Below are positions 39,015-48,669 of a DNA stretch of 64,000 nt, piece after piece (within the stretch, counting starts at the first letter, position 1; each line of letters starts with the position of its first letter). A model generated the notes under the pieces. The model was not told where the DNA came from and did not search any database. It worked only from the letters and a program-made list of their open reading frames with translations. The stretch is taken from the IMG/VR virus record IMGVR_UViG_3300037296_000406, one strand, 5' to 3'. Position numbers and translations under genes: made by a program. The stretch is from an uncultured virus (IMG/VR IMGVR_UViG_3300037296_000406). Its lineage: Duplodnaviria > Heunggongvirae > Uroviricota > Caudoviricetes.

Positions 39015-40802
39015 TTATAATCCGCCATCTATTGTTGGATTTAGTCCCATCAGAGAGCCTGAACCACTTTCTTTTAAATTATTGATCCTCTGGTCTTGAG
39101 AATCTTTTTTTCTTTTTGTGTCTTGCGCTTTTTTATACTTTGCTTCACGTTCTACAGAATTTGAATTTGTATCAGTTATTTTATTTTTTGCCCACTCTTC
39201 TGTTAAGGCAACATTAACTGTTTTTAATTTATTTTTCATCATCGCCATTTCTGCAGGTGTCAAATCTGTAGAACAAGATACATCTGCAACAGAGATGGCT
39301 TTTAATTCGTTTTCTTCAATTTCTCTTTGTTTAGATATCACTAAAGAGGATTCTCCTATAATTCGAACAAAACCTAAATTACGTGCTTCAAAATTCCATA
39401 TATCTACTTGGTTAGAAGACCTCAAGATGAGTGCTATACTTAGATTTTGAACATAAGCTTCCATTAGATTTTTAAAATCATTTTCTCTTAACTTCAGCCT
39501 AGCCCTACACTTTTCTTGTTCTCTAACTAAATTTGAATAATATCTGCTATCATTTTTATCTTGAGGAGTTACTAATCTACCTAACCTAAACTCACTACAC
39601 TCAAATGAATAGCTTCTATACTTTTCTTCTAATCTACCTTTTTTTCCACTAAACAAACCTAATGTTCCTGAGACTAACATCTGAGAAGATATATATTTTT
39701 CCCACCTTGAAACGTATTTTGACTGAAAAATTTCAAAAACTTCATTATTTAAAACAGCAGAATATATATACACAGTTCGAGAAACATTTTCTGTTACTTT
39801 AATTGGTTTTCCTTTAGAGTCTAATTTTGATGTAAATTTTGTATTTTCTTCTGAAAATTTTGCTTCTTTTGGATTGTATATAACGGAGTTATGAACTAGT
39901 TGATTTAACAAATTACCATAATCTGTAATGTCTGACTGTTCTAAAAACAAGTCTTTTCCCATTCTTAACAAAGTAGTATAGTAATAATCTATCTCTTGGT
40001 CTGCTTGCTTTATTATAGATTCTTTTGGAAGAATTTCCTTTATGTATTTTTCTTGATAGTTTGTATTACTTGGAGGGGTTGGACACTCCGTTGATTCTTT
40101 TAAGATTGTTCTTTGATATGATAACTGGGCAATTCTATCAATTTTTTGTCTTCTTCTAGATTCAGTCTCTAACCCTTCAGGATTTTTATTACCACTTTTT
40201 TGTTCCCAATACTTTTTAGAAGCGCTTCCAGCATCTATAAGTTGTTTATGAACGTAAGCTGAACGTAATGCTCCAACACGTACGGTTCCATTTTGTAAAT
40301 CAAATAAACTGTTAGACGCATTATACAAAGTATCAGACAAAGTAAGTTCATTGTCGAACTGTCCTCCTGTCATATCATTTAAAAAAGAACCCGCGGCTAA
40401 AGAACCTTTTAATATTCCGTTGTTATCAAATTCAATTAAAACATTACAAAGTTTCATTATAATAGGGTCGTCTTGAGTCGTTGATGTTCCGGGTACAGCT
40501 AAACTAAACCAAGGAGCAAATGTTGGTGGAGAGCCCGCTGCAGATTTTGCAGCATCTATTGCAAGTAAGTGAGAATGAAATCCGTATTGTTGTTGTAAAG
40601 TAAATAAGTAAGAAAATGGCATCAAAGCATTTTTCATCTCTTTACAATTTTCAGCTAAAGAGGCTATAGCTCCTCCTGACTGACCTTGTGATGTTGCAGA
40701 TGCTGTAGGGTAAGGATTTTCAAATAACTCAGAGAAGCCAGCAGACATAGCATTCTGGCTAAATATTATTAAAAAAAATAGAGTAATTAGTCTCTTATTC
40801 AT
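39015..40802 (-). CDS. Secreted helical protein, paralog of 16129..17874
   Basis: Signal peptide; FLNDMTG, GALRSAYVHKQLID, AQLSYQR, GKKGRLEEKYRSYSFECSE, TPAEMA shared with the paralog. Confidence 0.7.
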   Translation of the reverse strand: MNKRLITLFFLIIFSQNAMSAGFSELFENPYPTASATSQGQSGGAIASLAENCKEMKNALMPFSYLFTLQQQYGFHSHLLAIDAAKSAAGSPPTFAPWFSLAVPGTSTTQDDPIIMKLCNVLIEFDNNGILKGSLAAGSFLNDMTGGQFDNELTLSDTLYNASNSLFDLQNGTVRVGALRSAYVHKQLIDAGSASKKYWEQKSGNKNPEGLETESRRRQKIDRIAQLSYQRTILKESTECPTPPSNTNYQEKYIKEILPKESIIKQADQEIDYYYTTLLRMGKDLFLEQSDITDYGNLLNQLVHNSVIYNPKEAKFSEENTKFTSKLDSKGKPIKVTENVSRTVYIYSAVLNNEVFEIFQSKYVSRWEKYISSQMLVSGTLGLFSGKKGRLEEKYRSYSFECSEFRLGRLVTPQDKNDSRYYSNLVREQEKCRARLKLRENDFKNLMEAYVQNLSIALILRSSNQVDIWNFEARNLGFVRIIGESSLVISKQREIEENELKAISVADVSCSTDLTPAEMAMMKNKLKTVNVALTEEWAKNKITDTNSNSVEREAKYKKAQDTKRKKDSQDQRINNLKESGSGSLMGLNPTIDGGL

Positions 40803-40808
40803 ACTTAT

Positions 40809-40816
40809 TAAATGGA
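40809..40816 (-). promoter_or_regulatory. TCCATTTA motif
   Basis: 6 nt before ATG 40802, no SD. Confidence 0.7.
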
Positions 40817-40828
40817 AGGTTTTCTCTT

Positions 40829-42166
40829 TTAATCATCATTTAGATCAATATCTTTATATTTTTGAAAAAGTACTACTTGAGACTTAAACTCATTCATTTC
40901 TTCTTTCGAATAATCTCCAGCATCTTTAAATTCTGCATGTTTCATGAATTCTTGTAGGTTCTCTAACTCATATTTACTTAAAGCATTTTTTCCACTTAAA
41001 AACCATTTTGGTTCTTCATCAAGTCTTGTAGTTATTTTATCGTGAATACTATATGATATTATCATTTCATTTTCGGTAAAATAAGAAATCTCTTCTTTAG
41101 TAAATTCTTCTAATATTTTTTTAATACTTTCATTCAAAAGGGATTTCTTCTGAGTCAATAACTCAGGTAACTCTATCTTATATATTGCTCCGGGAAAATC
41201 TAAAAACAATTCATCAAATATAGCATTTTGTTTTAACTCTGTACCTTGGTCAAGAGCAATAATAATTTTTTTTGCTTTAGTTTTTCTAAGCAAATCAAAC
41301 TGACCAGAACTCATATCTGCACCTAAAATAGCAATTGACTGGTCTAAACCCGTCTTTACTGCATCCATAAATCCTTCGCATATGATAATTGTTTCAGAAT
41401 CTTTCACTCTATCAAAATTCCAAAAAACATCAGCTCTGAAAGACCCTTCAGAATTCATTACTTTGTATTTTTTAGGCACTTTATTTGTATAATCTCTTGC
41501 AACATAACCAAAAAGTTTACCTTCAACTTCAACAGGAAATATGACCCTATTAACATATTTTATATACTTTTTTATGTCCTCTGGAGAATATTTAGCTCTT
41601 TGAAGAGCTACACTATAATCTTTATAGTTTTCAAAAGGAATAATCTTCATATCAACTTTCTGTATATCTTCTTTAGACATTCCTCTATTGATTAAATAGC
41701 TCCATGCGACAGAGTGAGTCTCGTTTAAACTTTCTGTTAATGGAGGAAATACTATCTCAACTAATTCTTTCTTTTTTTTCTTTTTAGTAATCTTATTTTT
41801 TTGCTTGATATCTTCTAGCCAGTCGTCGCCTAAAACATCAGCTTTAGTGGTTTGTTTCTGTTCATCTTTTCCAAAACACAATATATATGCTCTACCTTTT
41901 GATATACTTAATAGTTTTGCTACTAATTCAATAGGACTAATACCCTCGCTAAAATCACAACCCGAATATTTACATTGGGCAACTCCATTTTCAGAATCTA
42001 CGTACAATTTATTGGTTCTATTACAAGATGGACAGTCTTCTAATATGATTTCACCTCTAGGCGCGTCTTTATAGTCAATTCCCATATCGTCAAACCATTC
42101 AGGTAGAGATAACTTAAATGGCTTTCTCCCTCCTTCGTAATTCTGTTTACCCGTAAAAAATTTCAT
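40829..42166 (-). CDS. DNA primase (Zn finger + TOPRIM), phage-like (start revised to ATG 42166)
   Basis: CPSC...C..SGC; YLINRG; RVIFP...GYVARD; ICEGFMDA; IIALD; KDAGD; GAGAGG SD before 42166. Confidence 0.85.
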   Translation of the reverse strand: MKFFTGKQNYEGGRKPFKLSLPEWFDDMGIDYKDAPRGEIILEDCPSCNRTNKLYVDSENGVAQCKYSGCDFSEGISPIELVAKLLSISKGRAYILCFGKDEQKQTTKADVLGDDWLEDIKQKNKITKKKKKKELVEIVFPPLTESLNETHSVAWSYLINRGMSKEDIQKVDMKIIPFENYKDYSVALQRAKYSPEDIKKYIKYVNRVIFPVEVEGKLFGYVARDYTNKVPKKYKVMNSEGSFRADVFWNFDRVKDSETIIICEGFMDAVKTGLDQSIAILGADMSSGQFDLLRKTKAKKIIIALDQGTELKQNAIFDELFLDFPGAIYKIELPELLTQKKSLLNESIKKILEEFTKEEISYFTENEMIISYSIHDKITTRLDEEPKWFLSGKNALSKYELENLQEFMKHAEFKDAGDYSKEEMNEFKSQVVLFQKYKDIDLNDD

Positions 42167-42167
42167 A

Positions 42168-42428
42168 TTAAAACCTCTCAAAATACCATACAAGAGGTAT
42201 TTGTAAATCTAGTTCAGTTCCTTGAACTATGGGTTCATCGGTATTTTTATTAAACCTATATCTCCAAGAGGAGTCTTCATAAACAATCTTTGATTCTTCT
42301 CGAGTGTCGATTTCGCCACTAAACGACTTTACAATATTCTTAGTAATAAATCTATTTGAAATAACTCTTTCTTCAGAAAAAGCAGAGATAGAAATCATTA
42401 GAATAATTATTGTTATAATATTTTTCAT
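42168..42428 (-). CDS. Small secreted hypothetical protein
   Basis: Signal peptide ending AFS; ends in F. Confidence 0.6.
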   Translation of the reverse strand: MKNIITIIILMISISAFSEERVISNRFITKNIVKSFSGEIDTREESKIVYEDSSWRYRFNKNTDEPIVQGTELDLQIPLVWYFERF

Positions 42429-42435
42429 TACAAGC

Positions 42436-42443
42436 TAAATGTA
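42436..42443 (-). promoter_or_regulatory. TCCATTTA-family motif (TACATTTA)
   Basis: 7 nt before ATG 42428, no SD. Confidence 0.6.
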
Positions 42444-42517
42444 TTAATTATTCATTTATCTTTTGTATTTTTTATTTTACTTTTACATATAATTATTAAA
42501 TTGACTATATAGACTCT

Positions 42518-43315
42518 ATGGATGTTTACAATAAATTATTACCCTTAAGTATACCATTGATCAATAAAGTGGTTAATCGATACGAAAATGATAGCCAAAT
42601 GGCTCTTATATTCAACAAAGAATGTCTTACAACGATATCTCATGAACTAATTAGTGAAATAAAATTGAAAGTAGAAAACAACTTGGTAGACGACAAAGGT
42701 ATATATAATTATTTTAAAAAAGCCTTTTCATTTAAATGTCAAGATCTTTATAGAAAACATAGTAGACTTAAAAGGAAAGTTCTTTTATTAAACAAAGATA
42801 TAAACGATGTTGAGTTCGGTGTTAAGGATAACAGTGTATCTTTAACTAAAAATCCTGAATTCGTAGAGTTAATTAATGACATAAATGAAAAATTAATTTC
42901 ATTTAGTGATTCTTCAAATCAACCCTTAACTAAAATTTTTAATCTTATTTATGAAGGTTATACTATAAAAGAGATTTCTGAAAAAATTGACACTTCTTTA
43001 AGTAGTACTAAAAGAATGAAAAATAAAATTATCTATTTTTTAAACACAGAATATAATAACAATGAAGATTTTAAAACATTCTTTGAACCCTTATCGGACG
43101 TTACTCGTTTTTCAATAAAATCTCCTGTAAAGTCAGAAGAGAACTTATATCTAATAGAAACAAGTTATGGAGTCAAGAGCGAATTTGCACATATAAAATT
43201 ATATCAACAAATTGACGGTAAAAAACTAATTATTGATGAAGAATTCTGTACGACACAACATCAGTACGATAAAAAATATATTGACTTAAAGAAAAAACTA
43301 ATTATACTAAATTGA
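42518..43315 (+). CDS. ECF-type sigma-factor-like protein with C-terminal extension
   Basis: Region-2-like YNYFKKAFSFKCQDLYRK; region-4 HTH IFNLIYEGYTIKEISEKIDTSLSSTKRMKNKI; TATAAT at 42488-42493. Confidence 0.6.
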   Translation: MDVYNKLLPLSIPLINKVVNRYENDSQMALIFNKECLTTISHELISEIKLKVENNLVDDKGIYNYFKKAFSFKCQDLYRKHSRLKRKVLLLNKDINDVEFGVKDNSVSLTKNPEFVELINDINEKLISFSDSSNQPLTKIFNLIYEGYTIKEISEKIDTSLSSTKRMKNKIIYFLNTEYNNNEDFKTFFEPLSDVTRFSIKSPVKSEENLYLIETSYGVKSEFAHIKLYQQIDGKKLIIDEEFCTTQHQYDKKYIDLKKKLIILN

Positions 43316-43328
43316 TCATTCATTTTTA

Positions 43329-43336
43329 TCTATTTA
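43329..43336 (+). promoter_or_regulatory. TCCATTTA-family variant (TCTATTTA)
   Basis: 6 nt before ATG 43343, no SD. Confidence 0.5.
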
Positions 43337-43342
43337 TATCTC

Positions 43343-44446
43343 ATGTTAAAAAATTTAAAAAAAGATAAAGCCCTAATTGTATCTGACCTTCACTTGTCGT
43401 TTGATCGTATTAAACAGAAAAGTGACAAAGAAGCCTCTGGAGGAGTACTTTACTTACCTGTACTAGAAAAAATCATATCGACTCTTAAAGAACATACTCC
43501 AGAATATCTTTTTAATCTAGGTGATACCTTTCATAATAAAGATACAGTTTCGGCAACTTTACTGGAAATTTATCGAGATTTTCTTGTTAGAGTTTCATCA
43601 ATGGGAATAAAGGTTATTCAGATTGCTGGAAATCATGACTTTTCTTTAGTTGTTAATAATTATGTTTACCATGCACTTAGGCAATTCGAGTTAGATAATG
43701 TTACAATTGTTCATGATACTTATAAATTAAATGATAAAATTGGATTCATGAGTTATTGTAATGATAAAGAAACCTATCAGAGAAGAATATCTGAACTTGG
43801 TTCAGTCAAAGTTCTATTTGGTCATTTTGATATTAACGGGTTTGCTTTAGGTGATGATTATATAGAGAAAAAGACTTACTTAAGTTTAGAAGATTTAATT
43901 GACTTTGATTTAGTAATATCTGGTCATTATCATGAGCCTCAAGAAAAAGATTTGGGTGATTTTAAAGTAGTGTATGCTGGAAGTGCTTATACAACAACCT
44001 TTGGAGAAAGTAATCAAGAAAAAAGATTTATACTATTCGATCTAAAAACAAATGAGCAATTAGATATTCCCACAAATATGACTTTACATAAAACAATAAA
44101 AATCACAAGTAAAGATTCTTATCCTGAAATTCCTAAGAAAGACTTAGCCATTGGAGTGAAGTACAAAGTTAAAGTAGAAGCTACTATTGAACAGTATGAA
44201 AATTTTCTACTTGCAAAACCAAAGAATTACCCAGATAGTGTAATAATAGAACCATCTTTTATTTCAGAGAATAAAGATAGAATTGAAATGAAGTCTTCGG
44301 ATACGAAAGAAGATATTATAGAAAAGTATGTAGAATACAGACTAGAGTCTCTTTTTGAAAAAGACAAAAGAGAAAGTCAAGATTATATAGATATGAAAGA
44401 AGAACTAATTGCAGAGGGTCTGCGATATTTAAGTATGGGATTTTAA
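43343..44446 (+). CDS. SbcD/Mre11/T4 gp47-like nuclease
   Basis: SDLH; GDTFH; AGNHD; FGHF; SGHYH; YAGS metallophosphoesterase motifs; adjacent to SbcC. Confidence 0.9.
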   Translation: MLKNLKKDKALIVSDLHLSFDRIKQKSDKEASGGVLYLPVLEKIISTLKEHTPEYLFNLGDTFHNKDTVSATLLEIYRDFLVRVSSMGIKVIQIAGNHDFSLVVNNYVYHALRQFELDNVTIVHDTYKLNDKIGFMSYCNDKETYQRRISELGSVKVLFGHFDINGFALGDDYIEKKTYLSLEDLIDFDLVISGHYHEPQEKDLGDFKVVYAGSAYTTTFGESNQEKRFILFDLKTNEQLDIPTNMTLHKTIKITSKDSYPEIPKKDLAIGVKYKVKVEATIEQYENFLLAKPKNYPDSVIIEPSFISENKDRIEMKSSDTKEDIIEKYVEYRLESLFEKDKRESQDYIDMKEELIAEGLRYLSMGF

Positions 44447-44448
44447 TT

Positions 44449-46905
44449 ATGAAATTATTAGATATGTATTGTGACAATCTGTATTCTTTTGCAGAACTTA
44501 GTTTAGATTTTACAAAATATGATAGTGGTACAACAATCATCCTTGGAAAAAACTTAAATATGGATTCTTCAAATGGGGCTGGAAAATCTTCTATCTTGAA
44601 GAGTATTTTCTTTGCTTTTTGGGGAACTGATCTAAATAAGGTTCCTCTTGAAGGAATTGTGCATGACTTAAATCCTAAAATGGGTTGCTTAAGTCAAATA
44701 AGTTTTAAAGATGATAAAAATACTTATAAAATAACGAGATTTAAGAATTACAAAAATGAAAAAAGTAAAATACGCCTTCATAACGGAAGTATTCCTAAAG
44801 GTAGTGCTGTGGAGTTAGTTATCAATGATGATGTATTCTATGCACCAAAAGATAATGCTAAAATTGAAAAACTTGTATTAGGTATTCTTGGAATGAGTTC
44901 TGAAATATTCTTAAACTCTATTTTAACTGGTCAAAAAAGGAGTGAAAATTTCCTAAGTTCTCCTGACTCTTCTAAAAAAGAACTTCTATCTGAAATATTA
45001 GATTTAAAACAATATGACCAAGCTGCTAAATTTTTAGATAAAGATATAAAAGAAAAAAAAGAATTAATTAAACATAAAGAGTTAAAATTAGAAGAATATG
45101 AAAAATTTATGCTAAAAACTCATGAAGACTTAAAAGAGTTGAAGGTACAAGGAAATAACTTCAGTAAAGACCTACTTGAAAAAGAAGAAGTATTAAAGGA
45201 ATCTATTGAAACTTTAAAAACTCATATTCTAGAACTAGAATCTAATAATTCAGAAAAAATAAATATTTCAGAACTTAAAAGTAAAGAAATTGAACTCTCC
45301 AATCAAATCATTAATAATGAAAAATTATTAAAAGAAATTAATCAAATAAGAGAGAGAGTTAATTCAATGTCATTAAAACTAGAGCGTTTTAACAACTCTA
45401 TTATAAATAACAATGCGAACATAGAAGATGTAATTACTCAAGAAAAGAAATTAAAAGATACGGTTTCAAAAAAAGATTCTTTAGAAAAAGATTCTTTAGA
45501 AAAAAATGAAAAACTTAAAGAAATAGAGTCAAAAATAATCGAGTCAAATTCTGTTGAAAATGAAATTAAAGGGCTCCAAGAAGAGTTAAATATTCTTAAT
45601 ATTAATCTAACTAAAAAAGATGGTATCATTAAAGATTTAGAATCTAAGATATCTGAAAACAAATCTAATTTAAAGAAAAGTTTAGATGAAAATCAATGCT
45701 TTACTTGTGAAAGAACTTTTGATAAAGAAAACCCATTAATTAAAGATTTAAAAACTAAAGAAGAAGACTTAAGTTCTAGTCTAGACTTAGTTAAGGTTGA
45801 TAAATCTACGTTAAAAGAATCTCAATTAAAAATTAGTAATCACATTGAAAAACTTAAAAAACATTTTCAAGAATTTAAAGAAGTTTTAACAGAGAAAGAA
45901 TCTTTAGTTATATCAATAAACAATATTGAAAATAAATTATCTATAATATCTGACAGCGAAAAAAATCTTAACGACTTAACAACAAAAAAAGATTTATATA
46001 CTGAAGATAATAAAGAAAAAGAAGCTCTTATAATAAAAGCAACTGAATCTTTAAAAAAATCTAAAGATATATTAATACAGCTTGAAAACTTAGAATTAAA
46101 AAACAAAAATGTTAAAAACAGTAAAGACGATTTGCTAACAAAGATACACTCTGCTGAAAAATTTAACTTAGAACTAGATAATAAGACTTCTATAATAAAA
46201 AATAGTAAAGATAATTTAAAAAATCTTTCAGCACAACTTTTAGATTTGTCAGAAGGTAAAAACCCATACATGGATTTAATTATTAAAAAAACAAATGAGC
46301 TAAAATCTTATGAATCTAGTTTTGAATCTATGAATAATGAGATTAAAGAACTAACAAAGAAATATAGCTTACTTAGATTTTGGGAACAAGGATTCTCTAA
46401 GAATGGAATAAAGTCTTTTATCATTGATGAAATCATAACTTTACTAAATTTAAAGATAAAAGAATATTTACAAGTTCTTTCAAGTGGTAATGTATCTTTA
46501 TATTTTGAACCTGAAAAAACTGTTAAGAAAAATAAAACTACGAAAAATGAAATAAGTACCAAAATTTACATCAACGGAAAACAAAAAAACCCAAATTCAA
46601 CGTCTGGAGGTGAAGAAGACAGATTGACTTTAGCTGTTGATTTAGCATTATCAGACGTAGCTGAGACTCGTAGTGGGACAAAGTTTAATATTAAATTCTT
46701 AGATGAACCATTTAAGTGGGTTGACAATAAAGGTCAAATGAAAGCTTTAGCTTTATTTAATAAATTGTCTTTACACAAACAAGGTTTCTTTTTAATAAGT
46801 CACGATGAAAAAATGCAAAGCTTTTGTCAAAATACAATTTATGTAATAAATGAAAATGGAGTTTCTAGGATTGTAGATAAGAATACTTTTATGAATTTAA
46901 AATAA
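44449..46905 (+). CDS. SbcC/Rad50/T4 gp46-like SMC ATPase
   Basis: SNGAGKSS; long coiled coil with central CFTC Zn hook; SGGEE; FLDEPF; LISHD. Confidence 0.9.
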   Translation: MKLLDMYCDNLYSFAELSLDFTKYDSGTTIILGKNLNMDSSNGAGKSSILKSIFFAFWGTDLNKVPLEGIVHDLNPKMGCLSQISFKDDKNTYKITRFKNYKNEKSKIRLHNGSIPKGSAVELVINDDVFYAPKDNAKIEKLVLGILGMSSEIFLNSILTGQKRSENFLSSPDSSKKELLSEILDLKQYDQAAKFLDKDIKEKKELIKHKELKLEEYEKFMLKTHEDLKELKVQGNNFSKDLLEKEEVLKESIETLKTHILELESNNSEKINISELKSKEIELSNQIINNEKLLKEINQIRERVNSMSLKLERFNNSIINNNANIEDVITQEKKLKDTVSKKDSLEKDSLEKNEKLKEIESKIIESNSVENEIKGLQEELNILNINLTKKDGIIKDLESKISENKSNLKKSLDENQCFTCERTFDKENPLIKDLKTKEEDLSSSLDLVKVDKSTLKESQLKISNHIEKLKKHFQEFKEVLTEKESLVISINNIENKLSIISDSEKNLNDLTTKKDLYTEDNKEKEALIIKATESLKKSKDILIQLENLELKNKNVKNSKDDLLTKIHSAEKFNLELDNKTSIIKNSKDNLKNLSAQLLDLSEGKNPYMDLIIKKTNELKSYESSFESMNNEIKELTKKYSLLRFWEQGFSKNGIKSFIIDEIITLLNLKIKEYLQVLSSGNVSLYFEPEKTVKKNKTTKNEISTKIYINGKQKNPNSTSGGEEDRLTLAVDLALSDVAETRSGTKFNIKFLDEPFKWVDNKGQMKALALFNKLSLHKQGFFLISHDEKMQSFCQNTIYVINENGVSRIVDKNTFMNLK

Positions 46906-47496
46906 TTATTCTTTTTTCCAGTGCCTGTAGCATCTCGCTTGATATAAGTCTTTTTCACCAAGTTCTACTACGTTCTCGGCATCTAGATCTCTTTCTTTAT
47001 CTTTCTTATAGCTCATCTCTGCAGTCTCTCCACAGCCTCTATACATACAAATAGCAGTTAACTTATTAATTCTATCACTAATAGCCATTAAGTCCGGCAT
47101 AAGACCAAATGGCTTTCCATCACAGTCCATATCCAATCCATTAAGAATAACTTTACAGTTTCTACTTTTTAATTCAAAACATAACTGAATCAAATTGAAT
47201 TTTTCATTTTTATCAAAAAATTGAGCTTCATCTATAGCAATACAATTAATACTTTTATTTTCAGGTAAATTAACCACATCCATTATCTCTTGTGCATTTT
47301 TTATAGGAATTGATTTAAGTTCTTTTTTTGAATGAGATATTACACAATCTTGAGAGTATCGGTCATCAAAAGAAGGCTTAAAAAGTAAAAATTTTTTATC
47401 AGCTAAAGACAGTCTCTCTAGCAATCTTAAAAGTTCAGTTGTTTTTCCTGAAAACATTGGTCCACATATAATTTCTATACTACCTATCTTTCTCAT
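46906..47496 (-). CDS. tdk: Thymidine kinase
   Basis: GPMFSGKTTEL; DDRY; IDEAQFF; GLDMD; KLTAIC..C; YQARCYRH. Confidence 0.95.
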   Translation of the reverse strand: MRKIGSIEIICGPMFSGKTTELLRLLERLSLADKKFLLFKPSFDDRYSQDCVISHSKKELKSIPIKNAQEIMDVVNLPENKSINCIAIDEAQFFDKNEKFNLIQLCFELKSRNCKVILNGLDMDCDGKPFGLMPDLMAISDRINKLTAICMYRGCGETAEMSYKKDKERDLDAENVVELGEKDLYQARCYRHWKKE

Positions 47497-47514
47497 ATTT
47501 TTATACCTTATTTA

Positions 47515-48546
47515 TTATTCAAATATTATTAATTTAATTGCTTCAAGAATAATATTAGGATTGTTTTTGTATAATTCCTTACTAGCAATATCTTTTTCTA
47601 ATTGTATTTTTTTCTGCTTTAATTTTTTTTCTTTATTTTTAAAAGCTATTTTGTTTTTATTCTTAAAGTTAACATTTTTTTTAACTTTTTTTTCATTTTT
47701 CTTTTGAGACTCAAGAAAATTAAACAAACTATCTCCTTTAGTATCTACAATATTTTTTTTATCATCTAGTACTTCTACAACTTTATCTTTTATAGGAATT
47801 AATTTTTGTTCTATCTCTTTGTTTAATTCAAAAGACTTAACGGGGTTTTTCTCTTGTTCTGCCATTTTATCAGAATAATTTAAAACATCTTTAGCTATAG
47901 AACCTAACTCTTCATTAGATAACTTTTTAATTTCATTTTTTTGTATTTTATTATTAAAATCTACTACGCCTAGTTTATTATTTCCTTCATAATATTTTTT
48001 TTTATGAAGTTCAATATATTTACTATATTTTTTCAGAGTCTCTTCGTCAGTTATCTGAGTAAAGTTAGACATATCGATGGTTTCTTCATTAATTTCTTTT
48101 TTTAATGATTTGGATTCGATCGGGTCTTTCTTTACTGTTTTTTTTTCTATTGATTTTTTTTTAAAGTTTCCTGAACCATCGTCGATTACATCACTAGATA
48201 AAGCACATGATTCTGCTTTAATAAGTAGTTTTTCTAAATCATCTGTTTTTATTAATAATGAATGAAAATCTTTATATTGATATTTTTTGTTTTTTTCTAC
48301 TTCTACTAATTTTCTTCTCGATTGAACTTCTTGAACAACGCCTGTAATGAATTTTTCATCATATGAATATTTAGATCCTTTATTATTAGAATTTTGTCCT
48401 GAAATTGAATCATTTAACTTTTGTGCAGTCATATTAGTTGAAGATTGGTTATAATTTCTTAAGCCATCACCTCTTGGAGCTTCTTTTTGTACGGGATTCA
48501 GTACAAGAATTTTACATAATACTAAAGATCCTAATGCTATTTTCAT
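47515..48546 (-). CDS. Hypothetical Lys/Glu-rich protein
   Basis: 343-aa ORF with AGGAA SD. Confidence 0.7.
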   Translation of the reverse strand: MKIALGSLVLCKILVLNPVQKEAPRGDGLRNYNQSSTNMTAQKLNDSISGQNSNNKGSKYSYDEKFITGVVQEVQSRRKLVEVEKNKKYQYKDFHSLLIKTDDLEKLLIKAESCALSSDVIDDGSGNFKKKSIEKKTVKKDPIESKSLKKEINEETIDMSNFTQITDEETLKKYSKYIELHKKKYYEGNNKLGVVDFNNKIQKNEIKKLSNEELGSIAKDVLNYSDKMAEQEKNPVKSFELNKEIEQKLIPIKDKVVEVLDDKKNIVDTKGDSLFNFLESQKKNEKKVKKNVNFKNKNKIAFKNKEKKLKQKKIQLEKDIASKELYKNNPNIILEAIKLIIFE

Positions 48547-48568
48547 AATATTTTCCTATTCTTAATGC

Positions 48569-48576
48569 TAAATGGA
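48569..48576 (-). promoter_or_regulatory. TCCATTTA motif
   Basis: 22 nt upstream of ATG 48546, SD in between. Confidence 0.65.
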
Positions 48577-48669
48577 TTATTTCAATTAAAAAAAACCTTA
48601 TTTTAAGAATAATAAGATGATCACAAGCGTTAATTTCTCAAATATTATAATAGTGGGTATACAATATAT

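Noticed and set aside
45470..45505. 15-bp tandem duplication (KDSLEKDSLEK) in the SbcC coiled coil
   Set aside because: In-frame micro-duplication in low-complexity coiled coil; no sign of function.
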